In this document: one piece after another, positions 37,202 through 47,964 of the stretch
Layout of the letters: each line of letters begins with the position of its first letter
Numbering within the stretch: position 1 is the stretch's first letter
Assembly: GCA_012797775.1 (NCBI GenBank)
Contig: JAAZOM010000022.1
Span: 1,241 to 65,240 of the forward strand
Source: Candidatus Kuenenbacteria bacterium
GTDB taxonomy: Bacteria > Patescibacteriota > Patescibacteriia > UBA2196 > GWA2-42-15
Length of the DNA stretch: 64,000 nt
Direction of reading: 5' to 3'
Made by a program: the position numbers and the translations under genes
Notes under the pieces: model-generated
What the model was told of the DNA's origin: nothing
What the model saw: only the letters and a program-made list of their open reading frames with translations
Databases searched by the model: none

Positions 37202-38901
37202 TTGGTCAAAATTATAAATAATCCGCTATAATACTGGTCTTGTTTTTTATCCAGCTTCAACATTCTTATCAGTAAAAGCCAAGGTAGAAAAAAAAGATAA
37301 TAACCTATCTTGCGTTTTAATACAGAACCGCCCTGGGCCGATTTCCTTTTTGTCATATCCCAGATAGCCGTATGACTGTTGCCAAAGGTTGTTATTTCTA
37401 CCTTATCAAAACCGCTTTCTTTAAAAACCTTTTCTGCAAATTTTTTTGTCGGCCTTAGGTTGTCATCGTGCTCATTGCTAAAAAAGGGGATACTCAAAAG
37501 TGCTGCACCGCCAGGTTTTATTAAACGATACATTTCTCTTGTTGCTTTAGGGAAATCATTTAAGTATTCCACCACCTCCAAGCACAAAATAGAATCAAAA
37601 TAATTATCAGGGTAATTCAACCCCTTCTCAATATCTCCATATAAAACATTTGCTTCCTTGTTCTCTTCTAGGTCAATAGCTACCATTTCTTCGGCCTTTA
37701 TTATTTGGTCATAGCGCCTGTTTTTTGAGCCGATATCCAATACTCGCCCTTGGAGCAGCCAGATATTTTTTAAAAGCAATTTTTCTAGAGCATTACGATG
37801 CCAGGTAAATTTATAATAGCGGTAAATCATCTTCTTCGCCGCTTTTATTTTTTGGATAAAATTTTTCATTATCAATATTTTATTAAAAACAAACAAAGTT
37901 ATTTTTGTTCTATAGAGTAAAATTTTATTAATTTTTTTACGCTTACCGTCGGTTAGTCGTTCTATTTTATTAATATATTTATAGGCTATCGTTTGAATGG
38001 TTTCATATTTTATGTCCCCGACATAAGCTTGGTATTCCCGACTGATCAATTCTATTTTTTCTATCAGTTCTTTTTCATTGGTAAACAACTCGCCACCTTT
38101 TTGTACTATTTCTCCATTACCGCCACTATTTAGTGCTGCTACTGGCAAGCCGCAAGCCAGTGCCTCTATTATCGCGTTGGAGCAAGCGTCGTCTTTAGTC
38201 GCTGTAATATAAATATCACGTTCTTTAAGTTTATCAGCCAATTTTTCGCTTGTCAGCGGAGGGATAATTTTTATATTTTTAAAATGAACGGGACAATTTC
38301 CCACAAAAGACATTTCATAGCGCGACCAGTCCAGATTTTTGTCCAAGTATTCATAAAACTCAAAGCCTTTTTTTATGTTGCCCGACCAACTGCTGGCGAT
38401 CAATTTTGTTTTTTGCGAATTATGATTTGGCCTATTATCAGTATTAAAAATTTTTGGGTCAACCGCATTGCCGATAATACTATATCTCTTACTATTAAAT
38501 CCCAGTTTTTTTGATTCTTCGTACAGCCAGCCTGAAACAAAAATAGCCCAATCAGGTAATTTACTCGCCACCCCATTCATCAGGCGATCTAAAATAGCCC
38601 ACTCCTTCCCTTTATGATAGCCAAGGATCCCCCCCAGACGGTGAATAAATATTTTATTCGGATATTTTAACTTCAGCTCTACTACCTCCGGCAGTTTTTG
38701 ATAGCTATAAAATATAATACATTCAGCCTTTTCTGTTTCTTCCTCATATATCCCCAAATTAATAAATTCATCCCTCAAGACTTTTAGGAATTGATTGGCG
38801 CCGCCCCAGGGGCCGTCTTTAAAATCGTATAATATTTTAATCTTTAAATTGCTGTTCATAATATTTTTTGTAAAAACCTTTTTTATCCAAAAGCTCCTCA
38901 T
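37198..38901 (-). CDS. Bifunctional GT-B glycosyltransferase (N-terminal) fused to a class I SAM methyltransferase (C-terminal).
   Basis: N-terminal IIEALACGLPVAALNSGGNGEIV; C-terminal VLDIGSKNRRYD..LCLEVVEYL..LIKPGG. Confidence 0.55.
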   Translation of the reverse strand: MRSFWIKKVFTKNIMNSNLKIKILYDFKDGPWGGANQFLKVLRDEFINLGIYEEETEKAECIIFYSYQKLPEVVELKLKYPNKIFIHRLGGILGYHKGKEWAILDRLMNGVASKLPDWAIFVSGWLYEESKKLGFNSKRYSIIGNAVDPKIFNTDNRPNHNSQKTKLIASSWSGNIKKGFEFYEYLDKNLDWSRYEMSFVGNCPVHFKNIKIIPPLTSEKLADKLKERDIYITATKDDACSNAIIEALACGLPVAALNSGGNGEIVQKGGELFTNEKELIEKIELISREYQAYVGDIKYETIQTIAYKYINKIERLTDGKRKKINKILLYRTKITLFVFNKILIMKNFIQKIKAAKKMIYRYYKFTWHRNALEKLLLKNIWLLQGRVLDIGSKNRRYDQIIKAEEMVAIDLEENKEANVLYGDIEKGLNYPDNYFDSILCLEVVEYLNDFPKATREMYRLIKPGGAALLSIPFFSNEHDDNLRPTKKFAEKVFKESGFDKVEITTFGNSHTAIWDMTKRKSAQGGSVLKRKIGYYLFFLPWLLLIRMLKLDKKQDQYYSGLFIILTK

Positions 38902-40657
38902 GGGTTCCTTGTTCTAATATTTTACCATCTACTACCACGACGATATTGTCAGCGCTTTTGATGGTTGATAGGCGGTGAGCGATTGCCACCACCGTCTTTC
39001 CAGCCAAAACTTTCTCCAGCGAAGCTTGTATGGCCTTTTCTGTTTCTGTATCCAAAGAGCTGGTCGCTTCATCCAAAATCAAAAGTTCCGGATCTCTGAT
39101 AATTGCCCGAGCAATAGCAATTCTTTGTTTTTGGCCGCCAGAAAGACGTGCTCCTTTTTCTCCAACTATTGTTTCGTATTTTTGGGGCAGGGTCTCTATA
39201 AAATCATCTATTTGGGCTACCTTTGCGGCGCGCATAATATCCTCTTTGTTGGCTCCCCAGCAACCATAGGCGATATTGTTGGCAATAGTGTCATTAAATA
39301 TCACGATGTCTTGAGAAATATAACCCAGATGTTCTCTCCAAGTTTTAGTATTCACTTCTTTCATGTCAGTTTTGTCAACAAAAATTTGACCGCCCGTCGG
39401 CATTATTAGCCCGGATATTATATTCGCCAGAGTGGTTTTTCCTGACCCTGTCGGGCCGACTAGGGCAGTGATTTTGCCCTTGGGTATCACCAGATTGATT
39501 GATTCTAAAACATTATTCTCTTCCTCATATCTCAAATTAATATCTTTCAAGACAATCTCTTTTTCTAGTTTTGTGATTTTTTGATTTCCATTCCAAGCTT
39601 TTTCTTTTTGTGCCTCTCTGATTATGGCCTCATAGGCCTTATAGGGTTCCATCAACTGGAACATCCTTGCTACTGCCCGCAAGCTGGCGTTGGCCTCGTT
39701 AAACATTTTTAGAAAGATATAGAAATAAGTTATCAAAACCGGCACATAAAAAGTTATATTTAAACCCCATATTTTTGTTACAAAAGTAAAAATACTGACT
39801 AGAGCGGTCATAACGGCAACCTCTGATAGGGGAGCAATTATTGCCTCATAGCTTTCATACTTATAGTCAAGATCGGCCATTGAATTGGATATTTGGTAAA
39901 AATTTTTTCTTTCATATTCTTCAGCTGTAAAAATTTTGACAGATTTTATATTACCCAACTTTTCTATCAATTGGCTATGAAGAATCGCTGACTCTTTGGT
40001 GGCCTGCATGCTAACCTTCTTGACCTTGGCGAATAAATTTTTTATCGGGATGGTTATGACTGCTTCCAAAATTATTGCCATCAGGGTAAATTTCCAAGAA
40101 ACAAAAACAAGTAAAATCAAATAAATTATTATTTTACTCACCTTTGAGATCATTTCTAAGAGTGTAAAATAAAAGCTAACTATTGATTTTGTAAAAATAG
40201 ATATACTTGTCACCAAATTGCCAGCCTTCATCTTATTTGCGAATTGTAAATTAGCCTCCGATGATGCTTCAAACATTTCATATTGCAAATCACGCCTAAT
40301 ACAAGAACTTACCCGGCTGATGGTTATTGTTTTTAGATAAGTAAAAAAACTTTTTAGCACGATCATCCCCAAAGCAAAAAACATTAATTTTAATACAATA
40401 TCTGTTTTATCTCCGGTAAAGAAATGCCCCCAAAATTTTTCTAGAAATGGTATTGTTGCTTGTGCGCTGGAAGACGGATCGATTATACTCTGAAAAAAAG
40501 GAATCATTGTACCCAAGCTAAAACCCTCGAAAATTGATGCCAGTACACTAAAAACAATAGACAAGGCAGTCAATTTTTTGTATTTTTTGAGTTTGCCGTA
40601 GGCCTTTTTAAAATATTCCTGCCTTTCTGGTGTAAAATATTTCATATTTAATCCCAA
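38837..40657 (-). CDS. ABC half-transporter exporter with fused TMD and NBD, MsbA/PglK-like (the start is likely the ATG at 40645).
   Basis: Six N-terminal TM helices, Walker A GPTGSGKTT, signature LSGGQKQRIAIARA and Walker B ILDEATS. Confidence 0.75.
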   Translation of the reverse strand: MGLNMKYFTPERQEYFKKAYGKLKKYKKLTALSIVFSVLASIFEGFSLGTMIPFFQSIIDPSSSAQATIPFLEKFWGHFFTGDKTDIVLKLMFFALGMIVLKSFFTYLKTITISRVSSCIRRDLQYEMFEASSEANLQFANKMKAGNLVTSISIFTKSIVSFYFTLLEMISKVSKIIIYLILLVFVSWKFTLMAIILEAVITIPIKNLFAKVKKVSMQATKESAILHSQLIEKLGNIKSVKIFTAEEYERKNFYQISNSMADLDYKYESYEAIIAPLSEVAVMTALVSIFTFVTKIWGLNITFYVPVLITYFYIFLKMFNEANASLRAVARMFQLMEPYKAYEAIIREAQKEKAWNGNQKITKLEKEIVLKDINLRYEEENNVLESINLVIPKGKITALVGPTGSGKTTLANIISGLIMPTGGQIFVDKTDMKEVNTKTWREHLGYISQDIVIFNDTIANNIAYGCWGANKEDIMRAAKVAQIDDFIETLPQKYETIVGEKGARLSGGQKQRIAIARAIIRDPELLILDEATSSLDTETEKAIQASLEKVLAGKTVVAIAHRLSTIKSADNIVVVVDGKILEQGTHEELLDKKGFYKKYYEQQFKD

Positions 40658-42348
40658 TTAAAATAAATATTTTTAATTTTTTCTTTTTTAATTCTGTCTT
40701 TTAGCTGGTCCATTTTTACACGCATCTCAGGAATTCTCTTGCCGTGTCCTTCAACCAAAAGCCATTTAATTTTTTTTATTGCCCCACTATCTATCAAGCT
40801 TGTTATTATTTCACACTCTACGCCCTCAACATCCATTTTAACCAACTTTATCTCTCGCCCCAGACTATTTATAAACCCTGACAGGTCAATCAACCCCACT
40901 ACTATATAATCTTTTGGGTTTATATTTCCCTTGTATTCAAGTAAGGAAGAGCCAATAGACCATTTTACCTGATCCTCACTGGCGTTTTTGTGTAGATATA
41001 GCGGCATGGTTGTATTTTGGGTATAAACTCCTTTGTTTATACAATGTACCTTGTTGCTGCCGGGGAATTTTTTTGATAATTCTCCAAAGGCGTAGGGGTT
41101 TGGCTCAAAAGCATAAACCTCAGCTCCCTTATCCATCATCATTTTTGTATACTTTCCGATATTCGCGCCGCAATCGATTGCCGTATCACCAGGCTTTAAT
41201 TTATTTAAGTAAAAAAGACCATCGCGTATCTCTCTGCCAATAATAAAATATATTTTGTATTTCCACTTCAAAAAAGTAGGATATTTATTCAACCGGCCGA
41301 TTAGTGTTGCTAAAATTTTTTTTTGTTTCATTTTGTTGAGCTTACTTATTAAATCTTGATATTTTTTTATATAATTATTTTTATTGAGCATTGCCGCGGC
41401 CCTCTCATAATTTTCATTGATATATTCTAAATCCTTGGCTTGCCTATGTTCATTTTTTACCCAATCAATTATTTTATTAATACTTGTCTCATTATAAATT
41501 AAATCTTCATGTATAAAATCTTGCGCTAAGCCGACATCGGTCGAAAAAATCATCGTTCTGGTGAGAGCCGCTTGTAAAATCGCCTTTGGCCCCCCCTCGC
41601 TTTTTGAACTGACAATACACAAGTCAATCAAATTATACAATAAATTAATGGTTTCTTCTGGCAGATTATTGATCAAAATATCATCCTCTTTATTTTCGAT
41701 ATAGTTATAGTCACCCACAAAAATAAAGGGGATATCGTATTTTTGGCATTCACTGATCACATAATGTCTCCGTGGCCCGGCCAGAACCAGCATTATTTTT
41801 TCTTTGGGCAGCAAGCGCAATATTTTTATCAGCAAGTCCGGGTCCTTTTGCCACTTTGGTGCCAATAAATTATTACCCAAGGAATCTCGCTGAAAAGTGC
41901 CAATTAAAATACGGTTGGCTATTTTGTTTTTATCTATTTTTAATATTTCGCAAATTTTTTCTTTGCTCTCTTTTAGCGGTTTGTATATCTCCGGCGAGAC
42001 ATAAAAGGGGATTTGGCTATACGAACAGCCCTCGTTTTTTAGGAAGTTAGAAATTTTTTCATTCGGCGAGATCCAATAATCAATTAATTTTTTTGCTTGC
42101 TGATAATTCTCCAGATTGTTGGTCACCACCGCCACTGTTTTTCTACCAAGCAGCTTGCGCCAAAAAAATAAGAATATTTTATTAATAGAAACTATTTGGG
42201 CATACCAGACAAAAAATAAAATATCCGCCCGACTATATTTTTCTACTAGTTCAACCCCGGGTATTTTTTTTAGGAAATACTCGGCATTTTTTCTGTCCTT
42301 ATCTATCGACCAGCCGACTCCATCTGTGCCAATTAATTTTATTTTCAT
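40648..42348 (-). CDS. Two-domain protein: N-terminal glycosyltransferase-like domain fused to a C-terminal FkbM-family methyltransferase.
   Basis: C-terminal DCGANIGKYT..AFEPNP..KMDVEG (FkbM). Confidence 0.5.
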   Translation of the reverse strand: MKIKLIGTDGVGWSIDKDRKNAEYFLKKIPGVELVEKYSRADILFFVWYAQIVSINKIFLFFWRKLLGRKTVAVVTNNLENYQQAKKLIDYWISPNEKISNFLKNEGCSYSQIPFYVSPEIYKPLKESKEKICEILKIDKNKIANRILIGTFQRDSLGNNLLAPKWQKDPDLLIKILRLLPKEKIMLVLAGPRRHYVISECQKYDIPFIFVGDYNYIENKEDDILINNLPEETINLLYNLIDLCIVSSKSEGGPKAILQAALTRTMIFSTDVGLAQDFIHEDLIYNETSINKIIDWVKNEHRQAKDLEYINENYERAAAMLNKNNYIKKYQDLISKLNKMKQKKILATLIGRLNKYPTFLKWKYKIYFIIGREIRDGLFYLNKLKPGDTAIDCGANIGKYTKMMMDKGAEVYAFEPNPYAFGELSKKFPGSNKVHCINKGVYTQNTTMPLYLHKNASEDQVKWSIGSSLLEYKGNINPKDYIVVGLIDLSGFINSLGREIKLVKMDVEGVECEIITSLIDSGAIKKIKWLLVEGHGKRIPEMRVKMDQLKDRIKKEKIKNIYFNWD

Positions 42349-42351
42349 ATT

Positions 42352-43086
42352 TTACTCATGTTCAATTACGCCCCACCATTCACCCCAGTTGATTTGGTAA
42401 TTTTTTATTTTCCAGCCGCTTTCTTTTAGTTCCTTTTCAATTTCCTCAACAGTATATTCTGTTTCATGTGTCGGGTCTAGCCGGTATTCAAAACCCATCA
42501 ATTTTTTATAAACAGTCAGCCAGTCGCGGCTGATCATGGGTACACGCAAAAGTAATATTGGGGCAATTTTTTTCATATTTTTTAGTAGCTCGCGGCGCTC
42601 CCGGATATGTTCTAATACATTTGATAATACTACCTTGTCAAATTTCTCTTGGGGCTCATACTCATTCAGATCAGCCACCAAAAATTTCAAATTATCTTTT
42701 TTATATTTATTCCTAGCCTCTTCTATGCTTTTAGAATTAAAATCCACCCCCAGTACATATTTTGCTTTTTGGGCGATTTTCATAGCCACCAAACCCGTGC
42801 CCGACCCAGCATCTAGCACCCTATCATTCGGCTCAATGTTGTCCAGAAAAAACTGGTGGTATTTAATTATGCCATGCTTGGGGTGGATTCCCTTATTCAA
42901 GCTGACGGCCAGCTCTGATATTTTCTCATAGGCCCTGTTATGCTGGTCTATGTATTTGCCCAAGAGTTTTATTTTTTTCTTTTCCGTCAAAGATCTGGCC
43001 TTGATTGCTGACAGAGCCACAGTTAAAGTTTTTTTGAGCCCTCGTTGTTTTAAATTATTTTTAATTTTTACTAATAAGTTTTTCAT
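42352..43086 (-). CDS. Class I SAM-dependent methyltransferase.
   Basis: VLDAGSGTGL..GVDFN..LSNVLEH. Confidence 0.6.
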   Translation of the reverse strand: MKNLLVKIKNNLKQRGLKKTLTVALSAIKARSLTEKKKIKLLGKYIDQHNRAYEKISELAVSLNKGIHPKHGIIKYHQFFLDNIEPNDRVLDAGSGTGLVAMKIAQKAKYVLGVDFNSKSIEEARNKYKKDNLKFLVADLNEYEPQEKFDKVVLSNVLEHIRERRELLKNMKKIAPILLLRVPMISRDWLTVYKKLMGFEYRLDPTHETEYTVEEIEKELKESGWKIKNYQINWGEWWGVIEHE

Positions 43087-44209
43087 AAATATTTATTTCC
43101 TTATTAATCTGGGTTTTTAGTGAAAAATTATCAACCACAAACCGTCTGGCACTTTCTCCCAGCTTTCTCTGTCGATCATCATCATTGATTATTGATAATA
43201 TTTTTTTGCGTATATCTTCAAAATTATTTTCTGTGAGTAGCCCCGTCTCTCCATCTTTGATTATTTCTTTTGTGCCTTCCACCCTCGTTCCAATACAGGC
43301 GAGACCCATACTCATTGCTTCCAAAAGTGATTTTGGCATCCCTTCATAAAGCGATGGCAAAACATAAATTTTATATTTATTTAATAATTTTGGCAATTCG
43401 TCATTCGGTCGCCGGCCAGTGAAGGTTAATTCTACCTTCAGCCCCTCGGCCAACCTTTCTAATTCTTTTTTTAATAATTCACTTTTTTCATCCATTGGGC
43501 CGCCGATTATATCTAGGGCGATATCCGTACCCTCGAGTGCCCTTATTAAAGTATTCAGATTTTTTTGTTCTTCAATTTTGCCAGAATAGGTGATTCTTCG
43601 GTCGTGTTTATCGCTGGTTTCTGGTGCAAATTTATCCGTATCAATATAATTGGCGATTACTTCTATTTTCTCGGGTTTAATTTTATATTTCTCTAGTAAA
43701 TATTGCCGATCACCTTCCGAGGTCACCAGCGCCGCATCGGCCAGAGCGTAGGCAATTCTTTCCCACCAGATTATTTTTTTATCCGCCTTGCCCTTTTGCT
43801 TCACCTGAAAAAGCGACTGCGTCCAACCAGTTCGGAGTATTAATTTACCCCTTGGTTTTATGATTTTAGCAACTAACGCTGCCCGGGCTTTTAACTGATT
43901 TGTTTTCCAGAAATTGCACTCCCTAACTTTTTTCCAATTTAAAAAAGGCAAAAGCCAGCGGTAATCCCTGGCTCTCATGCGCCATTTTTTGTAAACAATT
44001 TCAATGTTCGGCGCCAGATACTTGGCATAGTGCAACTCTTCCCGACCATCGTAAGTGAATAAATAAATTTTTTTAAAATATTGCGCCAGAATATTATAAG
44101 GCGCTATTTCTCTTGTCAGTATACCCGCCTTATCCCAATTTTTTAGGCTCATCTTTTCTGTCAAAAAAAATCCCAAAATTTTTTCCTTTAGCTTAGCACT
44201 ATTATTCAT
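43061..44209 (-). CDS. Glycosyltransferase family 4.
   Basis: EGMPKSLLEAMSMGLACIGTRV..ETGLL. Confidence 0.65.
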   Translation of the reverse strand: MNNSAKLKEKILGFFLTEKMSLKNWDKAGILTREIAPYNILAQYFKKIYLFTYDGREELHYAKYLAPNIEIVYKKWRMRARDYRWLLPFLNWKKVRECNFWKTNQLKARAALVAKIIKPRGKLILRTGWTQSLFQVKQKGKADKKIIWWERIAYALADAALVTSEGDRQYLLEKYKIKPEKIEVIANYIDTDKFAPETSDKHDRRITYSGKIEEQKNLNTLIRALEGTDIALDIIGGPMDEKSELLKKELERLAEGLKVELTFTGRRPNDELPKLLNKYKIYVLPSLYEGMPKSLLEAMSMGLACIGTRVEGTKEIIKDGETGLLTENNFEDIRKKILSIINDDDRQRKLGESARRFVVDNFSLKTQINKEINIYEKLISKN

Positions 44210-44234
44210 AATTCTTTATTCTTAATTCATCGTC

Positions 44235-45686
44235 CTATTGTCCGCCGCCGGTCAATACTGTTTTTACAGTTTTTAAAATAATAGAAATATCCAAAACTAG
44301 CGACCTATTTTTTATATAATAAAGGTCATATTGCAATTTTTCCCAGGCATCTTTTTCCGAAGCCCCGTAGGGGAAATTAATCTGCGCCCAGCCAGTTAGC
44401 CCCGGTTTGACCAAGAGGCGCGTCTCGTAAAAGGGGATTACTTCTTTCAGTTTTTCAATAAACTCCGGCCGCTCGGGCCTTGGTCCGATAAAACTCATTT
44501 CGCCGCGAAGAATATTTACCAGCTGTGGGATCTCATCGATTCTCGATTTTCTGAGGAAGCGGCCAATTCTTGTTACTCGTGGGTCATTTTTTTGTGCCCA
44601 TTGCGGTCCGTTTTTTTCTGCCTCCACTACCATTGTTCTAAATTTAACCGCCATAAATTTTTTGCCGTTTTTACCAGTTCGCTGTTGCATAAAGAAACCT
44701 GGGCCCTCGCTAGTCGCTCTTATTGTAAAATATATTATTGGCAAAAATGGTATTGAGATAAAAAGCATGATTAAAGACAAAACAAAGTCCGCCACCCTTT
44801 TTTGGGTTTCATAAATTCTCTTGTTTGCTTCTTTGATATTTTCCAAAAACCATAGTTGCCCAATGGTATTTATCAATATTTTACCAGTAAATTGTTCTGC
44901 AAACTTTGAGAAGTCCCAGATAGTTATTTTTTGTGATAGTAGTTTATAAAGCTGACTGATTACTTCTGGCCGGTATTCTTGACTGTTGGCTATTATAATT
45001 ATTCTGATCTTATTATCATTGATAAATTTTTCCAGTTTTTCTTCTCCTTCTAAAAATTCAAGTTTCTCTCCATTATCAGAGAGTGGTGTATCAGGGGGTG
45101 GCGTGCTATTGTCTTTGGATTTAAATATCGCGGCTACCTTTATGCCCATTTGGGGCTTATTATTTATTTCTCGGGCTAAATTTAAAGATTCTTCCGACAA
45201 GCCGATAATCAGAGCCTTCTCTAAAAATTTTTTATTAACAATTATAGTATTAAAAAATCTCCGCCAAGCAATAATCAGTGTGCCAAAGATTATTATATCC
45301 AAAACCAAGATTGTTTTCGGGGTAATGCCCGTAGTGGTTATATAAAAGAAAGCGAAACCAATCATGGCGCACCAGATTATATTTTTTATCATCAGGGCAT
45401 AAAATCTAAAATTATTTCTAGCTGTTTCTAGATCATATAGCTTATTAATAAAAAATATTACAATCCAGAGTAAAAAAACAAGAGAAAAAGGCAGCCAGTG
45501 CTTGGCCCAAGTTTCGTTATCCACTGCTTTTTGAAAGCGCAAAAACAGGGTTAACCACAAAGAAAAATAGAGAATAATTATATCTCCGATGAACAAAACC
45601 AACCGCTTGATTTTAGAAGCGACACTAATCATATCTTGGGTTATTATATTTGTTTTTATTATAGTAAAAATCAGGCTTTTTTTCAA
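44235..45686 (-). CDS. Polyprenyl-phosphate hexose-1-phosphate transferase (WbaP/PglC-type bacterial sugar transferase), the initiating enzyme.
   Basis: C-terminal Bac_transf domain: KRVADFVLSL...MVVEAEKNGPQWAQKNDPRVTRIGRFLRKSRIDEIPQL..GEMSFIGPRPERPEF. Confidence 0.8.
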   Translation of the reverse strand: MKKSLIFTIIKTNIITQDMISVASKIKRLVLFIGDIIILYFSLWLTLFLRFQKAVDNETWAKHWLPFSLVFLLWIVIFFINKLYDLETARNNFRFYALMIKNIIWCAMIGFAFFYITTTGITPKTILVLDIIIFGTLIIAWRRFFNTIIVNKKFLEKALIIGLSEESLNLAREINNKPQMGIKVAAIFKSKDNSTPPPDTPLSDNGEKLEFLEGEEKLEKFINDNKIRIIIIANSQEYRPEVISQLYKLLSQKITIWDFSKFAEQFTGKILINTIGQLWFLENIKEANKRIYETQKRVADFVLSLIMLFISIPFLPIIYFTIRATSEGPGFFMQQRTGKNGKKFMAVKFRTMVVEAEKNGPQWAQKNDPRVTRIGRFLRKSRIDEIPQLVNILRGEMSFIGPRPERPEFIEKLKEVIPFYETRLLVKPGLTGWAQINFPYGASEKDAWEKLQYDLYYIKNRSLVLDISIILKTVKTVLTGGGQ

Positions 45687-45742
45687 GCGCTCGGCTATTC
45701 TTGTTTTATTAACCTTTATATTATAAAATAAAGTTAATAACT

Positions 45743-47962
45743 ATGATAAACACCAATTTGACCCGCTATTTAAGAAATAGCCTGTGGGTTTGTTTATACT
45801 TAATACTTATTACGCCCCTTTTGATCGGGAATAATTTTTTATTTCCTTTTATTTCCCTAAAAACTTTTTATTTTCGTATTTTGGTGGAAATAGCTCTTTT
45901 TTTCTATATTCTGCTTGCCTTTTCCCATTCCTCATATCGCCCAAAGATAAACAGACTAACGCTCTTGGTTTCCATTTTCGGTTTGGTAGTTTTGTTGACC
46001 GGCCTTTTGGGTGTTAATTCTTATCGGAGCTTTTGGGGCACAATTGAGAGAGGGGAGGGTTTTTTGACTATTTCTCATATTATTATTTTTTTCTTTCTTT
46101 TATCCCAAGCCTTTCAGAATAAGCGCCAATGGCTAAATTATTTTTCTGCCTCAATTATTGTTAGTTTTTTTGTTGGTCTTTATGCTTTGGGCCAAGAATT
46201 TACACAAATTTCTTGGATAGTTGGAGCTGGCGAGGGCCGACTTTCTTCCACTCTTGGCAATGCCGCTTATTTAGGGGCCTACTCCCTTGGTCATTTGTGG
46301 CTCTGCGCTATTATTTTATTTGAAAACAAAAAAATATATTGGCGTATTCTTTTTGGGATTTTTTCCCTCTTCGAGCTTTATATCTTATGGCAGTCGGAAA
46401 CCAGAGGCGCCCTACTCGGCCTACTTTTCACACTAGTTTTAATTCTAATACTCTTACCATTTTTTTCTCAGAAAAAGAAAACAAGGATAGTTTCAATTCT
46501 GGCCATATTAATATTGGTTCTCTCTTTTCTTTTTGTTTGGTCGAATCGGCATTCTGGCTGGATCGCCAAATCTAATACCCTAAATCGTTTGGCCAATATT
46601 TCCCTAGAAGATATCACCACTCAGTCGCGCCTACTCGCTTGGGACTCTTCTTGGCAGGGCTGGAAAGACCGATTTTTGCTGGGCTATGGCTGGGAGAACT
46701 ACAATATCGCTTTTAATAAATATTTTCACCCGGAAATTTTCCGTGATAATGGTTCACAAATTTGGTTCGATCGCGCCCACAATACCTTATTTGACGTCGC
46801 TGTCGCCACTGGCATTGGCGGCCTAATTATTTATCTGGCTATTTTTGGGGCAGCCCTGTTTTATCTCTTCCGCTTTTTGAGGAGAGACAGGGAGAATATG
46901 GCTATTTATTTAATCACCATTGCTTTTTTAATCGCTCACTTTGTCCAAAACTTTTTTGTTTTTGACTGCCTGGCCACCTATATTATGCTTTTTATGGTTT
47001 TGGCGTTCGTATCTTTTATTATCAGCAAGCATCAAAAAAACATTCAACCCCAAATCAAGGAAGAAATAGTCCCCTTTAATTATTTGGTTTGTTGCCTCGG
47101 CTTTGTTTTTCTGATTTTATCTGGTTTCTTCTTTAATATCAAACCTGCCAAAGCCAATATTTCCGGCCTTGATGGCCTCAGATATTTTTATCAAGGAAAA
47201 ATAAACGAAGGTGTTGATAAAATGGTTGCCGCTATTAATATGGGCACCTACCAATCAACAGAAATTCGCCAAAAACTCACTGACAATATTATCAACACAG
47301 ACAAGAGCGGCTATCCGGGTAATGCCGAACAGCTAAAGCGCAATTTTTCTATTGCCGTACAGGAAACCCAAAAAAATATAGAATTATCACCCAAGGATGT
47401 CCAAAATTATCTATATTTGATGATAATTTATAATAATTATTCTTTTATGGACGCCTCTTTGCCCAGTCAAGTATTGCGGCTTGGTGGCGAGGCTCAGAAG
47501 CTGGCGCCAAACAGGCCCCATGTTTATTTTGAGATGGGACAGGCGGCTATTAACTCTGGTAGTCCCAAACAAGGTGTTGAATATTTTAAAAAAGGGGTTG
47601 GCCTTAATCCGGATAATCTAGATTCGCAATGGATGCTTTTGACAGCCTATATTATTACCGGTGACGAGAAATCCTCAGAATCTCAATATCAGACGATGAT
47701 CAAATTGGGCTTATCGGAAAATATTCAAAACCTTGAACGCCTGATTCGTCTTTATTATCTGACAAAAAATTATGATCAGATGATATATTTTTATAAAAAA
47801 ATTATTGACCTCGAACCGCAAAACACTGATCATTGGTCCAAGCTTTCTGGCGTTTTAAAAGAAAAAAATGATCCTATTCTTTTCAACCAAACAATGTCAG
47901 AGCTGCTTGAAAAATATCCTGCCATGTCTACCAAGCTATTGCCAGCAGTTATCACGAAATAA
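45743..47962 (+). CDS. O-antigen ligase/polymerase-like (Wzy_C domain) membrane protein with C-terminal TPR repeats.
   Basis: About 12 TM helices, the Wzy_C hallmark loop (RAHNTLFDVAVATGIGGL), and C-terminal TPR-like repeats. Confidence 0.6.
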   Translation: MINTNLTRYLRNSLWVCLYLILITPLLIGNNFLFPFISLKTFYFRILVEIALFFYILLAFSHSSYRPKINRLTLLVSIFGLVVLLTGLLGVNSYRSFWGTIERGEGFLTISHIIIFFFLLSQAFQNKRQWLNYFSASIIVSFFVGLYALGQEFTQISWIVGAGEGRLSSTLGNAAYLGAYSLGHLWLCAIILFENKKIYWRILFGIFSLFELYILWQSETRGALLGLLFTLVLILILLPFFSQKKKTRIVSILAILILVLSFLFVWSNRHSGWIAKSNTLNRLANISLEDITTQSRLLAWDSSWQGWKDRFLLGYGWENYNIAFNKYFHPEIFRDNGSQIWFDRAHNTLFDVAVATGIGGLIIYLAIFGAALFYLFRFLRRDRENMAIYLITIAFLIAHFVQNFFVFDCLATYIMLFMVLAFVSFIISKHQKNIQPQIKEEIVPFNYLVCCLGFVFLILSGFFFNIKPAKANISGLDGLRYFYQGKINEGVDKMVAAINMGTYQSTEIRQKLTDNIINTDKSGYPGNAEQLKRNFSIAVQETQKNIELSPKDVQNYLYLMIIYNNYSFMDASLPSQVLRLGGEAQKLAPNRPHVYFEMGQAAINSGSPKQGVEYFKKGVGLNPDNLDSQWMLLTAYIITGDEKSSESQYQTMIKLGLSENIQNLERLIRLYYLTKNYDQMIYFYKKIIDLEPQNTDHWSKLSGVLKEKNDPILFNQTMSELLEKYPAMSTKLLPAVITK

Positions 47963-47964
47963 TT

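Noticed and set aside
38630-38645. GGATCCCCCCC within the GT-MT fusion gene as another copy of the GAAGGATCCC element.
   Set aside because: Only the GGATCC hexamer matches. The flanking TTATCCTGA and hairpin are absent, and it lies inside coding sequence.
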